The notes under the pieces were generated by a model. The model did no database searches. It had not been told where the DNA came from and worked only from the letters and a program-made list of their open reading frames with translations. The position numbers and the translations under genes are program-made. DNA of 64,000 bases, from the NCBI RefSeq assembly GCF_964194155.1, contig NW_027596458.1, positions 186,001 to 250,000 on the forward strand. Direction: 5' to 3'. The first letter of the stretch is position 1, and each line of letters starts with the position of its first letter. This DNA comes from Cetorhinus maximus (Eukaryota). Positions 26,101 to 41,100 of this stretch are shown here, piece after piece.

Positions 26101-29100
26101 GCATTGTCGGGGCACAGGACACATGGGCAGTGTCCGGGTACGGGACACACGGGCAGTGTCAGGGTACGGGACACACAGGCATTGTCGGGGTACAGGGCAC
26201 ACAGGCAGTGTCGGGATACGGGACACACGGGCAGTGTCGGGGTACGGGACACACGGGCATTGTCGGGGTACGTGGCACACGGGCAGTGTCGGGGTACGGG
26301 ACACACGGGCAGTGTCGGGGTACGTGGATCCCGGGCAGTGTCGGTGTACGGGACACACGGGCAGTGTCGGGGTACAGGACACACGGGCAGTGTCGGGGTA
26401 CGTGGATCCCGGGCAGTGTCGGGGTACGGGACACACGGGCAGTGTTGGTGCACGGGACACACGGGCAGTGTCGGTGTACGGGACACACAGGCAGTGTCGG
26501 GGTACGGGACACACAGGCAGTGTCGGGGTACGGGACACACAGGCAGTGTCGGGGTACGGGACACACGGGCAGTGTCGGGATACGGGACACACGGGCAGTG
26601 TCGGGTTGTGGGCCATATGTTCAGTGTCAGGGCACAGGGCAAACGGACAGTGTCGGAGTACTTTCGGGGTACGGGACACAGGGCAGTGTCCGGGTACGGG
26701 ACACACGGGCAGTGTCTGGGTTCGGGACACAAGGGCAGTGTCAGGGTACGGTACACACGGGCAATGTCGGGGTACAGGACAAACGGGCAGTTTCGGGGTA
26801 CGGGACACATGGGCAGTGTCGGGGTACGGGACACATGGGCAGTGTCGGGGTTCGGGACACACGGGCAGTGTCGGGGTACGGGACACACGGGCAGTGTCGG
26901 GGTACGGGACACATGGGCAGTGTCGGGGTACGGGACACATGGGCAGTGTCGGGCTACGGGACACACGTGCATTGACGGGTTGTAGGTCAAAGGGGCAGTT
27001 TTGGGGTATGTGGCTCCCGGGCAGTGTCGGATAACAGGGCAGACAGGCAGTGTTGGGGTACAGGGCAGACAGGCAGTGTTGGGGTACAGGGCAGACAGGC
27101 AGTGTTGGGGTATGGGGCAGAGAGGCAGTGTTGGGGTAAAGGGCAGACAGGCAGTGTTGGGGTATGGGGCAGACAGGCAGTGTTGGGGTACAGGGCAGAC
27201 AGGCAGTGTCCTGGTACAAGGCTCTTTGGCAGTGTCAGGATATGGGGCACATGGGCAGTGTCGGGGTACGAGGCTGCTGGCAGTGTTGGGGTACGGGGCA
27301 GACAGGCAGTGTCGGGTTGTGGGCCATATGGTCAGTGTCGGGGCATGGGGCAAACGGACAGTGTCAGGTTACTGTCGGCGTATGGGACACACGGGCAGCG
27401 TAGGGGTACGTGGATCCCGGGCAGTGTCGGTGTACGGGAGACACGAGCAGTGTCGGGGTACGGGACACACGGGCAGTGTCGGGGTACGTGGATCCTGGGC
27501 AGTGTCGGTGTACGGGACACACAGGCAGTGTCGGGGTACGGGACACACGGGCAGTGTCGGGATATGGGACACACGGGCAGTGTCGGGGTACGGGACACAC
27601 GGGCAGTGTCAGGGTACGGGACATACGGGCAGTGTCGGGGTACGGTACACACGGGCAGTGTCGGTGTACGGGAGATACGGGCAGTGTCGGGGTACGGGAC
27701 ACACGGGCAGTGTCGGGGTACGGGACACACGGGCAGTGTCGGGGTACGTGGATCCCGGGCAGTGTCGGTGTACGGAACACACGGGCTGTGTCGGGATACG
27801 GGACACACGGGCAGTGTCAGGATATGTGGATTCCGGGCAGTTTCGGGGTACGGGACACACAGGCAGTGTCGGGGTACGGGACACACGGGCATTGTTGGTG
27901 TACGGGACACACGGGCAGTGTCGGGGTACGGGACACATGGGCAGTGTCGGGGTACGGGACACACGGGCAGTGTCGGTGTACGGGAGACACGGGCAGTGTC
28001 GGGGTACGGGACACACGGGCAGTGTCGGGGTACATGGCACACGGGCAATGTCGGGGTAAGGGACATACGGGCAGTTTCGGGGTACGGGACACACGGGCAG
28101 TGTCGGGGTATGGGACACACGGGCAGTGTCGGGTTGTAGGTCACATGGGCAGTGTCAGGGTACATGGCACACGGGCAGTGTCAGTATACATGGCACATGG
28201 ACAGTGTCGGAGTACATGACACATGGGCAGTGTCAGGGTACATGGCACATGGTCAGTGTTGGGGTACATGGCACACGGGCAGCGTCGGCTTACATGGCAC
28301 ACGGGCAATGTCGGGGTAAGGGACACACGGGCAGTTTCGGGGTACGGGACACACGGGCTGTGTCGGGGTAAGGGACACATGGACAGTGTGTGGCTATGGA
28401 GACCATTGGGAAGTGTTGGGTACGGGGCACACGGGCAATTTCAGGGTACGGGACACACGGGCAGTGTCGCGGTGCGGGACACACGGGCAGTGTCGGGGTA
28501 CGGGACACACGGGCATTGTCCGGGTGTAGGACACAGGGGCAGTTTTGGGGTACGTGGCTCCCGGACACTGTGGAGTACGGGGCAGACAGGCAGTGTCGGG
28601 TGACGGGGCACAAGGGCAGTGTCGGGGTACGAGGCTGCCTGGCAGTGTTGGTGTACAGGGCAGACAGGCAGTATCGGGTTGTGGGCCATATGGTCAGTGT
28701 TGGGGCACAGGGCACACGGGCAGTGTCGGGGTACGGGACACACGGACAGTGTCGGGGCACAGGGCACACGGGCAGTGTCGGGGCACTGGACACATGGGCA
28801 GTGTCGGGGTACGGGACACACGGACAGTGTTGGGGCACAGGGCACACTGGCAGTGTCGGTGTACGGGACACACAGGCATTGTCGGGGTACAGGGCACACA
28901 GGCAGTGTCGGGATACAGGACACACGGGCATTGTCGGGGTACGGGACACACGGGCATTGTCGGGGTACAGGGCACACGGACATTGTCCGGGTGTAGGACA
29001 CAGGGGCGGTTTTGGGGTACGTGGCTCCCGGACACTGTGGAGTACGGGGCAGACAGGCAGTGTCGGGTGACGGGGCACAAGGGCAGTGTCGGGGTATGAG

Positions 29101-32100
29101 GCTGCCTGGCAGTGTTGGTGTACGGGGCAGACAGGCAGTATCGGGTTGTGGGCCATATGGTCAGTGTCGGGGCACAGGGCACACGGGCAGTGTCGGGGTA
29201 CGGGACACACGGACAGTGTCGGGGCACAGGGCACACGGGCAGTGTCGGGGCACGGGACACACGGGCAGTGTCGAGGAACGGGACACACGGGCATTGTCGG
29301 GGCACAGGACACACGGGCAGTGTCGGGGTACAGGGCACACAGGCAGTGTCGGGGTACGGGAAACAAGGGCAGTGTCGGGGTACGGGACACATGGGCATTG
29401 TCGGGGTACGTGGCACATGGGCAGTGTCGGGGTACGGGACACACGGGCAGTGTCGGGGTATGTGGATCCCGGGCAGTGTCGTTGTACGGGACACACGGGC
29501 AGTGTCGGGGTACGTGGATCCCGGGCAGTGTCGGGGTACGTGGATCCCGGGCAGTGTCGGGGTACGGGACACACGGGCAGTGTCGGGGTATGGGACACAC
29601 GGGCAGTGACGGGCCACGGGACACATGGGCAGTCTCGGGGAACGGGACACATGGGCAGTGTCGGGGTACGGGACACACGGGCAGTGTAAGGGTACATGGA
29701 TCCCGGGCTGTGTCGGGGTACATGGCACACGGGCAGTGCAAGGCCGCGGGACACATGGGCATTGTCACCATACAGGGCACATGGGCAGTGTCGTGGCACG
29801 GGACACACGGGCAGTGTTGGTGTACGGGACACACGGGTAGGGTCGGGGTACGGGACACACGGGCAGTGTCGGGGTACGGGACACACGGGCAGTGTTGGTG
29901 TACGGGACACACGGACAGGGTCGGGGTACGGGACACACGGGCAGGGTCGGGGTACGGGACACACGGGCATTGTCGGGTTGTACGTCAAAGGGGCTGTTTT
30001 GGGGTATGTGGCTCCCGAGCAGTGTCGGATAACAGGGCAAACGGGCAGTGTCGGGGTACAGGGCAGACAGGCAGCGTCGGGATACGGGACACATGGGCAG
30101 TGTCGGGGTACGGGACACACGGGCATTGTCTGGGTGTAGGACACAGGGGCAGTTTTGGGGTACGTGGCTCCCGGACACTGTGGAGTACGGGGCAGACAGG
30201 CAGTGTCGGGTGACGGGGCACAAGGGCAGTGTCGGGGTACGAGGCTGCCTGGCAGTGTTGGTGTACAGGGCAGACAGGCAGTATCGGGTTGTGGGCCATA
30301 TGGTCAGTGTTGGGGCACAGGGCACACGGGCAGTGTCGGGGTACGGGACACACGGACAGTGTCGGGGCACAGGGCACACGGGCAGTGTCGGGGCACTGGA
30401 CACATGGGCAGTGTCGGGGTACGGGACACACGGACAGTGTTGGGGCACAGGGCACACTGGCAGTGTCGGTGTACGGGACACACAGGCATTGTCGGGGTAC
30501 AGGGCACACAGGCAGTGTCGGGATACGGGACACACGGGCATTGTCGGGGTACGGGACACACGGGCATTGTCGGGGTACAGGGCACACGGACATTGTCCGG
30601 GTGTAGGACACAGGGGCGGTTTTGGGGTACGTGGCTCCCGGACACTGTGGAGTACGGGGCAGACAGGCAGTGTCGGGTGACGGGGCACAAGGGCAGTGTC
30701 GGGGTATGAGGCTGCCTGGCAGTGTTGGTGTACGGGGCAGACAGGCAGTATCGGGTTGTGGGCCATATGGTCAGTGTCGGGGCACAGGGCACACGGGCAG
30801 TGTCGGGGTACGGGACACACGGACAGTGTCGGGGCACAGGGCACACGGGCAGTGTCGGGGCACGGGACACACGGGCAGTGTCGAGGAACGGGACACACGG
30901 GCATTGTCGGGGCACAGGACACACGGGCAGTGTCGGGGTACAGGGCACACAGGCAGTGTCGGGGTACGGGAAACAAGGGCAGTGTCGGGGTACGGGACAC
31001 ATGGGCATTGTCGGGGTACGTGGCACATGGGCAGTGTCGGGGTACGGGACACACGGGCAGTGTCGGGGTATGTGGATCCCGGGCAGTGTCGTTGTACGGG
31101 ACACACGGGCAGTGTCGGGGTACGTGGATCCCGGGCAGTGTCGGGGTACGTGGATCCCGGGCAGTGTCGGGGTACGGGACACACGGGCAGTGTCGGGGTA
31201 TGGGACACACGGGCAGTGACGGGCCACGGGACACATGGGCAGTCTCGGGGAACGGGACACATGGGCAGTGTCGGGGTACGGGACACACGGGCAGTGTAAG
31301 GGTACATGGATCCCGGGCTGTGTCGGGGTACATGGCACACGGGCAGTGCAAGGCCGCGGGACACATGGGCATTGTCACCATACAGGGCACATGGGCAGTG
31401 TCGTGGCACGGGACACACGGGCAGTGTTGGTGTACGGGACACACGGGTAGGGTCGGGGTACGGGACACACGGGCAGTGTCGGGGTACGGGACACACGGGC
31501 AGTGTTGGTGTACGGGACACACGGACAGGGTCGGGGTACGGGACACACGGGCAGGGTCGGGGTACGGGACACACGGGCATTGTCGGGTTGTACGTCAAAG
31601 GGGCTGTTTTGGGGTATGTGGCTCCCGAGCAGTGTCGGATAACAGGGCAAACGGGCAGTGTCGGGGTACAGGGCAGACAGGCAGCGTCGGGATACGGGGC
31701 ACATGGACAGTGTCGGGGTACGGGGAACACGGTAAGTGTCGGGGTACGGGGCACAACGGGCGGTGTCGGGGTACGGGGCTCACGGGCAGTGTCAGGGTAC
31801 GCGGCACAACGGGCAGTGTCGGGGTACGGGGCTCACAGGCAGTGTCGAGGTATGGGGCACACGGGCAGTGTCGGGGTACAGGAAACATGGGCAGTGTCGG
31901 GGTACGAGACACATGGGCAGTGTTGCAGAACGGGGCACACGGGGGCAATGTCGGTGTACGGGGCACATGGCAGTATCGGGGTATGGGGCACATGGGTACT
32001 ATTGGGGTACGGGACACACGGGAAATGTCGGGGTATGGGGCACATGGGCAGTATTGGGGTACGGGACACACGGGCAGTGTCGGGGTACGGGGCACACGTG

Positions 32101-35100
32101 CAGTGTTGGGGCACGGGATACAAGGCCAGTGTTGGGGTACGGGACACACAGGCAGTGTCGGGGTACGGGACACACGGGCAGTGTCGGGGTACGGGACACA
32201 CGGGCAGTGTCGGGGAACAGGACACACGGGCAGTGTCGGGGTACGGCACACACGGGCAATGTCGAGGTACGGGACACACGGGCAGTGTCAAGGTACGTAG
32301 ATCCCGGGCAGTGTCGGGGTACAGGAAACATGGGCAGTGTCAGTGTACGGGACACACGGGCAGTGTCGGGGTACGTGGATCCTGGGCAGTGTCAGTGTAC
32401 GGGACACATGGGCAGTGTCGGGGTACGGGACACACGGGCAGTGTTGGGGTACGGGACACACGGGCAATGTCGGGTTATGGGACACACGGGCAGTGTCGGG
32501 GTACGGGACACATGGGCAGTGTCGGGGTACAGGACACATGGGCAGTGTCGGGGTACGGGACACACGGGCAGTGTAAGGTTACGGGACACACGGGCAGTGT
32601 AAGAGTACATGGATCCCGGGCAGTGTCGGGGTACATGGCACACGGGCAGTGCAAGGGCGTGGAACACACGGGCATTGTCGGCGTACAGGGCACACGGGCA
32701 GTGTCAGGGCACGGGACACACGGGCAGTGTCGGGGTGCAGGACACACGGGCAGTCTCGGGCTACGGGACACACGGGCAGTGTCGGGGTACGGGACACACG
32801 GGCAGTCTCGGGGTACGGGACACACGGGCATGGTCGGGGTACGGGACACACGGGCATTGTCGGGATACAGGGCACACGGGCAGTGTCGGGGCACGGGACA
32901 CACGGGCAGTGTCGGGGTACGGGACACACGGGCATTGTCGGGTTGTAGGTCAAAGGGGCAGTTTTGTGGTACGTGTCTCCCAGGCAGTGTCGGATAACAG
33001 GGCAGACAGGCAGTGTTGGGGTATGGGGCAGACAGGCAGTGTTGGGGTACAGGGCAGACAGGCAGTGTCGTGGTACAAGGCTCTTTGGCAGTGTCAGGAT
33101 ACGGGGCACATGGGCAGTGTCGGGGTACAAGGCTGCCTGGCAGTGTTGGGGTACGGGGCAGACACACGGGCAATGTCGGGGTACAGGGCAAATGGGCAGT
33201 ATCGGGGTATGGGGCACATGGGCAGTATTGGTGTATGGGGCACATGGGCAGTGTCGGAGTATGGGGCACATGGGCAGTATCAGGGTACGGGACACACGGG
33301 GGCAATGTCAGTGTACAGGGCACATGGGCAGTATTGGGGGAAGAGGGACATGGGCAGTGTCGGAGTATGGGGCACATGGGCAGTATTGGGGTATGGTGCC
33401 CATGGGCAGTGTCTGAGTATGGGGCACATGGGCAGTATCGCGGTATGGGGCACATGGGCAATGTCGAGGTATGGAACACACGGGCAATGTCGGGGTACGG
33501 AACACACGGGCAATGTCGGGGTACAGGGCACGTGGGCAGTATTGGGGTATGAGGCACACGGGCAGTGTCAGGCTACATAGTACATGGGCAGCGTCAGGGT
33601 ACGGGGCACATGGACAGTGTCGGGGTACGGGGCACACAGGCAGTGTCGGGGTACGGGGCACACAGGCAGTGTCGGGGTACGGGGCACATGGACAGTGTCG
33701 GGGTACGGGGCACACAGGCAGTGTCGGGATACGGGGCACACGGCCAATGTTGGCGTACATGGCTCTCGGGCGGTGTTGGAGTATGGGACACATGGGCAAT
33801 GTCGGTGTATGGGACACACGGGCAATATCGGTGTACGGAACACATGGGCAGTATCGGGGTACGGGACACACGGGCAGTGTCGGGGTACAGGACACATGGG
33901 CAGTGTCGGGTTGTAGGTCACATGGGCAGTGTCAGGGTACATGGCACACGTGCAGTGTCAGGATACATGATACATGGGCAGTGTCGGGGTATGGGACACA
34001 TGGGCAGTGTCGGGTTGTAGGTCACAGGGGCAGTTTTGAGGAACGTGGCTCCCGGGCTGTGTCGGAGTACGGGGCAGACAGGCAGTGTTGGGGTACGGGG
34101 CAGACAGGCAACGTTGGGGTACGGGGCAGACAGGCAGTGTCGTGATACCGGGTACCCGGGCAGTGTTGGTATACAAGGCTCTTTGGCAGTGTTGTGGTAC
34201 GGGGCACACAAGCAGTGTCGGGTTGAGGGTCATACTGTAAGTATCGGGGCACGCGGAAAGTGTTGGGGTACGGGGCACATGGACAGTGTCGGGATACGGG
34301 GCACATGGAAAGTGTCGGGGTATGGGGCACACAGTAAGTGTCGGGGTACGGGGCACAACGGGCAGTGTCGGGGTACGGAACACATGGGCAGTATCGGGGT
34401 ACGGGACACACGGGCAGTGTCGGGGTACAGGACACATGGGCAGTGTCGGGTTGTAGGTCACATGGGCAGTGTCAGGGTACATGGCACACGTGCAGTGTCA
34501 GGATACATGATACATGGGCAGTGTCGGGGTATGGGACACATGGGCAGTGTCGGGTTGTAGGTCACAGGGGCAGTTTTGAGGAACGTGGCTCCCGGGCTGT
34601 GTCGGAGTACGGGGCAGACAGGCAGTGTTGGGGTACGGGGCAGACAGGCAACGTTGGGGTACGGGGCAGACAGGCAGTGTCGTGATACCGGGTACCCGGG
34701 CAGTGTTGGTATACAAGGCTCTTTGGCAGTGTTGTGGTACGGGGCACACAAGCAGTGTCGGGTTGAGGGTCATACTGTAAGTATCGGGGCACGCGGAAAG
34801 TGTTGGGGTACGGGGCACATGGACAGTGTCGGGATACGGGGCACATGGAAAGTGTCGGGGTATGGGGCACACAGTAAGTGTCGGGGTACGGGGCACAACG
34901 GGCAGTGTCGGGGTACGGGGCTCACGGGCAGTGTTGGGGTACGCGGCACAACGGGCAGTGTCGGGTTACGGGGCTCACAGGCAGTGTCGGGGTATGGGAC
35001 ACACGGGCAGTGTTGGGTATGGGACAGACAGGCAGTGTCCTGTTACGGGGCACCCGGGCAGTGTCGGGGTACATGGCACACGGGCAATGTCGGGGTAAGG

Positions 35101-38100
35101 GACACACGGACAGTTTCGGGGTACTGGACACACGGGCAGTGTCGGGGTAAGGGACACACTGGCAGTGTCGGGGTACGGGACACACGGACAGTGTCGGGGT
35201 ACGGGACACACGGGCAGTGTCAGGTTGTAGGTCACATGGGCAGTGTCAGGGTACATGGCACACGGGCAGTGTCAGGATACATGGCACATGGACAGTGTCG
35301 GAGTACATGACACATGGGCAGTGTCAGGGTACATGGCACATGGTCAGTGTTGGGGTACATGGCACACGGGCAGCGTCAGCTTACATGGCACACGGGCAAT
35401 GTTGGGGTTAGGGACACACGGGCAGTTTCGGGGTACGGGACACACGGGCTGTGTCGGGGTAAGGGACACATGGACAGTGTGTGGCTATGGAGACCGTTGG
35501 GAAGTGTTGGGTACGGGGCACACGGGCAATTTCAGGGTATGGGACACACGGGCAGTGTCGGGGTACGGGACACACGGGCATTGTCCGGGTGTAGGACACA
35601 GGGGCAGTTTTGGGGTACGTGGCTCCCGGACACTGTGGAGTACGGGGCAGACAGGCAGTATCGGGTTGTGGGCCATATGGTCAGTGTCGGGGCACAGGGC
35701 ACACGGGCAGTGTCGGGGTACGGGACACACGGACAGTGTCGGGGCACAGGGCACACGGGCAGTGTCGGGGCACAGGGCACACGGGCAGTGTCAGGGAACA
35801 GGACACACGGACAGTGTCGGGGCACGGGACACACGGGCAGTGTCGAGGAACGGGACACACGGGCAGTGTCAGGGTACGGGACACACGGGCATTGTAGAGG
35901 AACGGGACACACGGGCATTGTCGGGGTACGGGACACACGGGCAGTGTCAGGGTACGGGACACACGGGCATTGTCAGGGTACGGGACACACGTGCAGTGTC
36001 GAGGAACGGGACACACGGGCAGTGTCAGGGTACAGGACACACGGGCATTGTCGGGGCACGGGACACACGGGCATTGTCGGGGTACAGGGCACACGGGCAG
36101 TGTCGGGGTACGGGACACACGGGCATTGTCGGGGTACGGGACACACGGGCATTTTCGGGGTACAGGACACACGGGCATTGTCGGGGTACAAGACACACGG
36201 GCATTGTCGGAGTACGGGAAACAAGGGCAGTGTCGGGGTACGGGACACACGGGCAGTGTCGGGGTACGGGACACACGGGCATTGTCGGTGTACGGGACAC
36301 ACGGGCATTGTCGGGGTACGGGAAACAAGGGCAGTGTCGGGGTACGGGACACACGGGCAGTGTCGGGGTACGGGGGACACAGACATTGTCGGGGTACGGG
36401 GCAGAAAGGCAGTTTCGGGGTAGGGGAATCCCGGGCAGTGTCGGGGTAAGGGGGACACGGGCAGTGTCAGGGTACGGGGCACATGGACGGTGTCGGGGTT
36501 CGGGACACACGGACAGTGTTGGGGTACGGGGCACACGGGTAGTGACGGGGCACGGGGCTCCTGGGCAGTGTTGGGGTATGGAGCACACGGATAGTGACGG
36601 GGTACAGGGCTCCTGGGCAATGTTGGGATACGGGGCACAGGGACAGTGTTGGGGTATGGAACACACGGACAGTGTCGGGGTACGGGGCACACAGGCAGTG
36701 TTGGGGTACGGGGCACACGGCGGGTGTCGGGACACACGGATACTGTTGGGATACGGGGCACAGGGACAGTGTTGGGGTACGGGTCTCCTGGGCAGTGTCG
36801 GGGTATGGGACACACGGACAGTGTCGGGGTATGGGGCTCCCGGAGAGTGTTGGGGTACGGGACACACGGACAGTGTTGGGATACGGGGCACAGGGACAGT
36901 GTTGGGGTACGGGTCTCCTGGGCAGTGTCGGGGTATGGGACACACGGACAGTGTCGGGGTACGGGGCTCCTGGGCAGTGTTGGGGTACGGAGCACACGGA
37001 CAGTGTTGGGATACGGGGCACAGGGACAGTGTTGGGGTACGGGTCTCCTGGGCAGTGTCGGGGTATGGGACACATGGACAGTTTCTGGGTACGGGGCTCC
37101 CGGACAGTGTTGGGGTATGGGGCACATGGGCAGTGTTGGGGTATGGAACACACGGACAGTGTCGGGGTACGGGGCACACAGGCAGTGTTGGGGTACGGGG
37201 CACATGGGCAGTGTCTGTGTAAGGGGCACACGTGCAGTATCATGGAACGGGGCACGCGTGCACTGTCAGGTACGGGACACATGGGCAGTGTCGGGGTACT
37301 GGACACATGGGCAGTGTGGGGGTACGGGGTACAAGGAAAATGTCGGGGTACGGGGCAAAATGTCAGTTTCGGGGTAGGGGATACACAGGTACTGTCGGGG
37401 TACGGAGCACACGGACAGTGTTGGGATACAGGACACTGGGGCAGTGTCGGGGCACACGGACAGTGTCGGGGTACGGGTATCCCAGACAGTATCGGGGTAC
37501 GGGGCACACGGACATGGTTGGAATACGGGGCACATGGGCAGTGTCGGGGTACGGGGCACACGGGCAGTGTCAGGGTACGGGGCACATGGACAGTGATGGG
37601 GTACGGGGCACACGGGCAGTGTCAGGGTAAGGGACACATGGACAGTGTCAGGGTACGGGGCACACGGACAGTGATGGGGTACAGGGCACACGGGCAGTGT
37701 CAGGGTAAGGAACACATGGACAGTGTCAGGGTACTAGGCACATGGACAGTGATGGGGTACGGGGCACACGGGCAAAGTCAGGGTAAGGGACACATGGACA
37801 GTGTCAGGGCAACGGACACATGGACAGTGTCAGGGTACGGGGCACACGGGCAGTGTCAGGGTACGGGACACATGGGCAGTGTCATGGTACGGGGCACATG
37901 GACAGTGTCGGGGTACACGGACAGTGTCGGGGTTCGGGACTGGTGGGCAGACTCGGCATTTGGGGCACATGGGCAGAGTCGCGGTAGAGGGCAGAAAGGC
38001 AGTGTCGGGGTATGGGGCTGATATGCAGTGTCGGGGTACATGGCATACAGGCAGTGTCGGGGTAGGGGGCACACGGGCAATTTCGGGGTGCAGGACACAC

Positions 38101-41100
38101 GGACTGTGTCGGGGTACAGGGCACACGGGCAGTGTTGGGGTACGGGGCACCCAGGCAGTGTCGGGGTACGAGGCACGTGGGCTATTTCGGGGTACAGGAC
38201 ACACGGACAGTGATGGGGTACGGGGCACACGGGCAGTGTCAGGGTAAGGGACACATGGACAGTGTTGGGGTACGGAGCACACGGACAGTGTCGGGGTACG
38301 GGGGACACGGGCAATGTCAGGGTACAGGACACACGGGCAGTGTTGGGGTACGGGGCACACAGGCAATGTCGCGGGGTACGGGGCACAAGGAAAATGTCGA
38401 GGTACGGGGCAGAAAGGCAGTTTCGGGGTAGGGGGATCCCGGGCAGTGTCGGGGTAATGGGCACACGGGCAGTGTCAGGGTACGGGGCACATGGACGCTG
38501 TCGGTGTTCGGGACACACGGACAGTGTTGGGGTTCGGGACACACAGGCAGTGTTGGGGTACGGGGCACACGGCGGGTGTTGGGACACACGGACAGTGTTG
38601 GGATACGGGGCACAGGGACAGTGTTGGGGTACGGGTCTCCTGGGCAGTGACGGGGTATGGGACACACGGACAGTGTTGGGGTACGGGGCTCCCGGAGAGT
38701 GTTGGGGTACGGGGCACACGGACAGTGTTGGGATACGGGGCACAGGGACAGTGTTGGGGTACGGGTCTCCTGGGCAGTGTCGGGGTATGGGACACACGGA
38801 CAGTGTCGGGGTAGGGGGCTCCCGGACAGTGTTGGGGTATGGGGCACATGGGCAGTGTTGGGGTATGGAACACACGGACAGTGTCGGGGTACGGGGCACA
38901 CAGGCAATGTTGGGGTACGGGGCACATGGGCAGTGTCGGTGTAAGGGGCACACGTGCAGTGTCATGGAACGGGGCACGCGTGCACTGTCAGGGTACGGGA
39001 CACATGGGCAGTGTCGGTGTACGGGACACATGGGCAGTGTGGGGGTACGGGGCACAAGGAAAATGTCGGGGTACGGGGCAAAAAGTCAGTTTCGGGGCAG
39101 GGGATACACAGGTACTGTCGGGGTACGGAGCACACGGACAGTGTTGGGATACAGGACACAGGGGCAATGTCGGGGCACACGGACAGTGTCGGGGTACAGG
39201 TATCCCAGACAGTATCGGGGTATGGGGCACACGGACAGTGTCGGGGTACGGGACTCACGTGTATTTTCGGTATACGGGGCAGAAAGGCAGTGTTGGTAGG
39301 AGGATCCCGGGCAGTGTCGGGGTACGGGGCACACAGGCAGTGTTGGGGTATGGGAATCACGGGCAGTGTTGGGGTAGCGGGCAATCAGGCAGTGTCGGGG
39401 TACAGGACACACGGGCAATGTCGGGGTACAGGACACACGGACAGTGTCGGGGTACGGGACTCATGGGTACTGTCAGGGTACAGGACACATGGAGTGTGTC
39501 GAGGTACAGGACACACGGGCAGTGTCGGGTTGTGGGTCACACTGACAGTATCGGGGTACGGGGCACACTGGCAATGTCGGGGTACGGGACACACTGGCAG
39601 TGTCGGGGTACAGGGCACATGGACAGTGTTGGGGTATGGGGCAGAAAGGCAGTGACGGGGTAGGGGGATCCCGGGCAGTGTCGGGGTATGGGGCACACGG
39701 ACAGTGTCGGGGTACGGGACACACGAGCAGTGTCGGGGTATGGGGCACACGGACAGTGTTGGGGTACGGGACACACGGACAGTGTTGGTGTATGGGGCAC
39801 ACGGACAGTGTCGGGGTACAGGACACACGGACAGTGTTGTGGTACGGGGCACACGGACAGTGTCGGGGTATGGGACACACGGGCAGTGTTGGGGTACGGG
39901 GCAAACAGACAGTGTCGGGGTACAGGTCACACGGCCAGTGTTGGAGTACGGGGCACACGGGCAATGTCGAGTTACAGGACACACGGGCAGTGTCGGGGTA
40001 CGGGACACACAGGCAATGTCGGGGTATGGGACACATGGGCAATGTCGGGGTACAGGACACATGGGCAGTGTCAGGGTACGGGACACACAGACAGTGTCAG
40101 GGTAAGGGACACATGGGCAATGTCGGGGTACAGGACACACGGGCAGTGTCGGGGTACGGGACACACGGGCAGTGTCGGGGTACGGGGCACACGGACAGTG
40201 TCGGGGTACGGGGCACACGGACAGTGTTGGGATACAGGACACAGGGGCAATGTCGGGGCACATGGACAGGGTTGGGATACGGGGTACACGGGCAGTGTCG
40301 GGGTACGGGGCACATGGGCTGTGTCGGGGTACGGGACTCCTGGGCATACCTGGGGTTTGAGGCACACAGGCAGTGTCGGCGAAGGGGGCAGAAAAGCCAT
40401 GTCGGGGTATGGGGCTGACATGCAGTGTCGGGGTACATTGCAGACAGGCAGTGTCCGGATACGGGGCACACGGGCTGTGTCGGGGTAGGGGACTCCTGGG
40501 CAGACCTGGGGTTTGGGGCACACAGGCAGTGTCGGCGAAGGGGGCAGAAAGGCCATGTCGGGGTATGGGGCTGACATGCAGTGTCGGGGTACATTGCAGA
40601 CAGGCAGTGTCGGGATACGGGGCACACGGGCTGTGTCGGGGTAGGGGACTCCTGGGCAGACCTGGAGTTTGGGGCACACAGGCAGTGTCGGCGAAGGGGG
40701 CAGAAAGGCCATGTCGGGGTATGGGGCTGACATGCAGTGTCGGGGTACATTGCAGACAGGCAGTGTCGGGGTATGGGGCTGACATGCAGTGTCGGGGTAC
40801 GTGGCATACAGGCAGTATCGGGGTATGGGGCTCCCAGGCAGTGTCGGGGTACGGGGCACACGGACAGTGTATGGGGCACAGGCTCGGTGTTGGGGTACGG
40901 GTCTCACATGCAGTGTCAGGGTACGGGGCAGAAATGCAATGTCGGGGCTGGGAGCTCCCGGGCAGTGTTGGGGTACAGGGCACACGGGAAGTGTTGGGGT
41001 ACAGGACTCACGGGGTGTGTTGGGGTAGTGGGCAGTCAGGCAGTTTCAGGGTACAGGACACACGGGCAGTGTCATGGTACGGGGCACATGGGCAGTGTCG

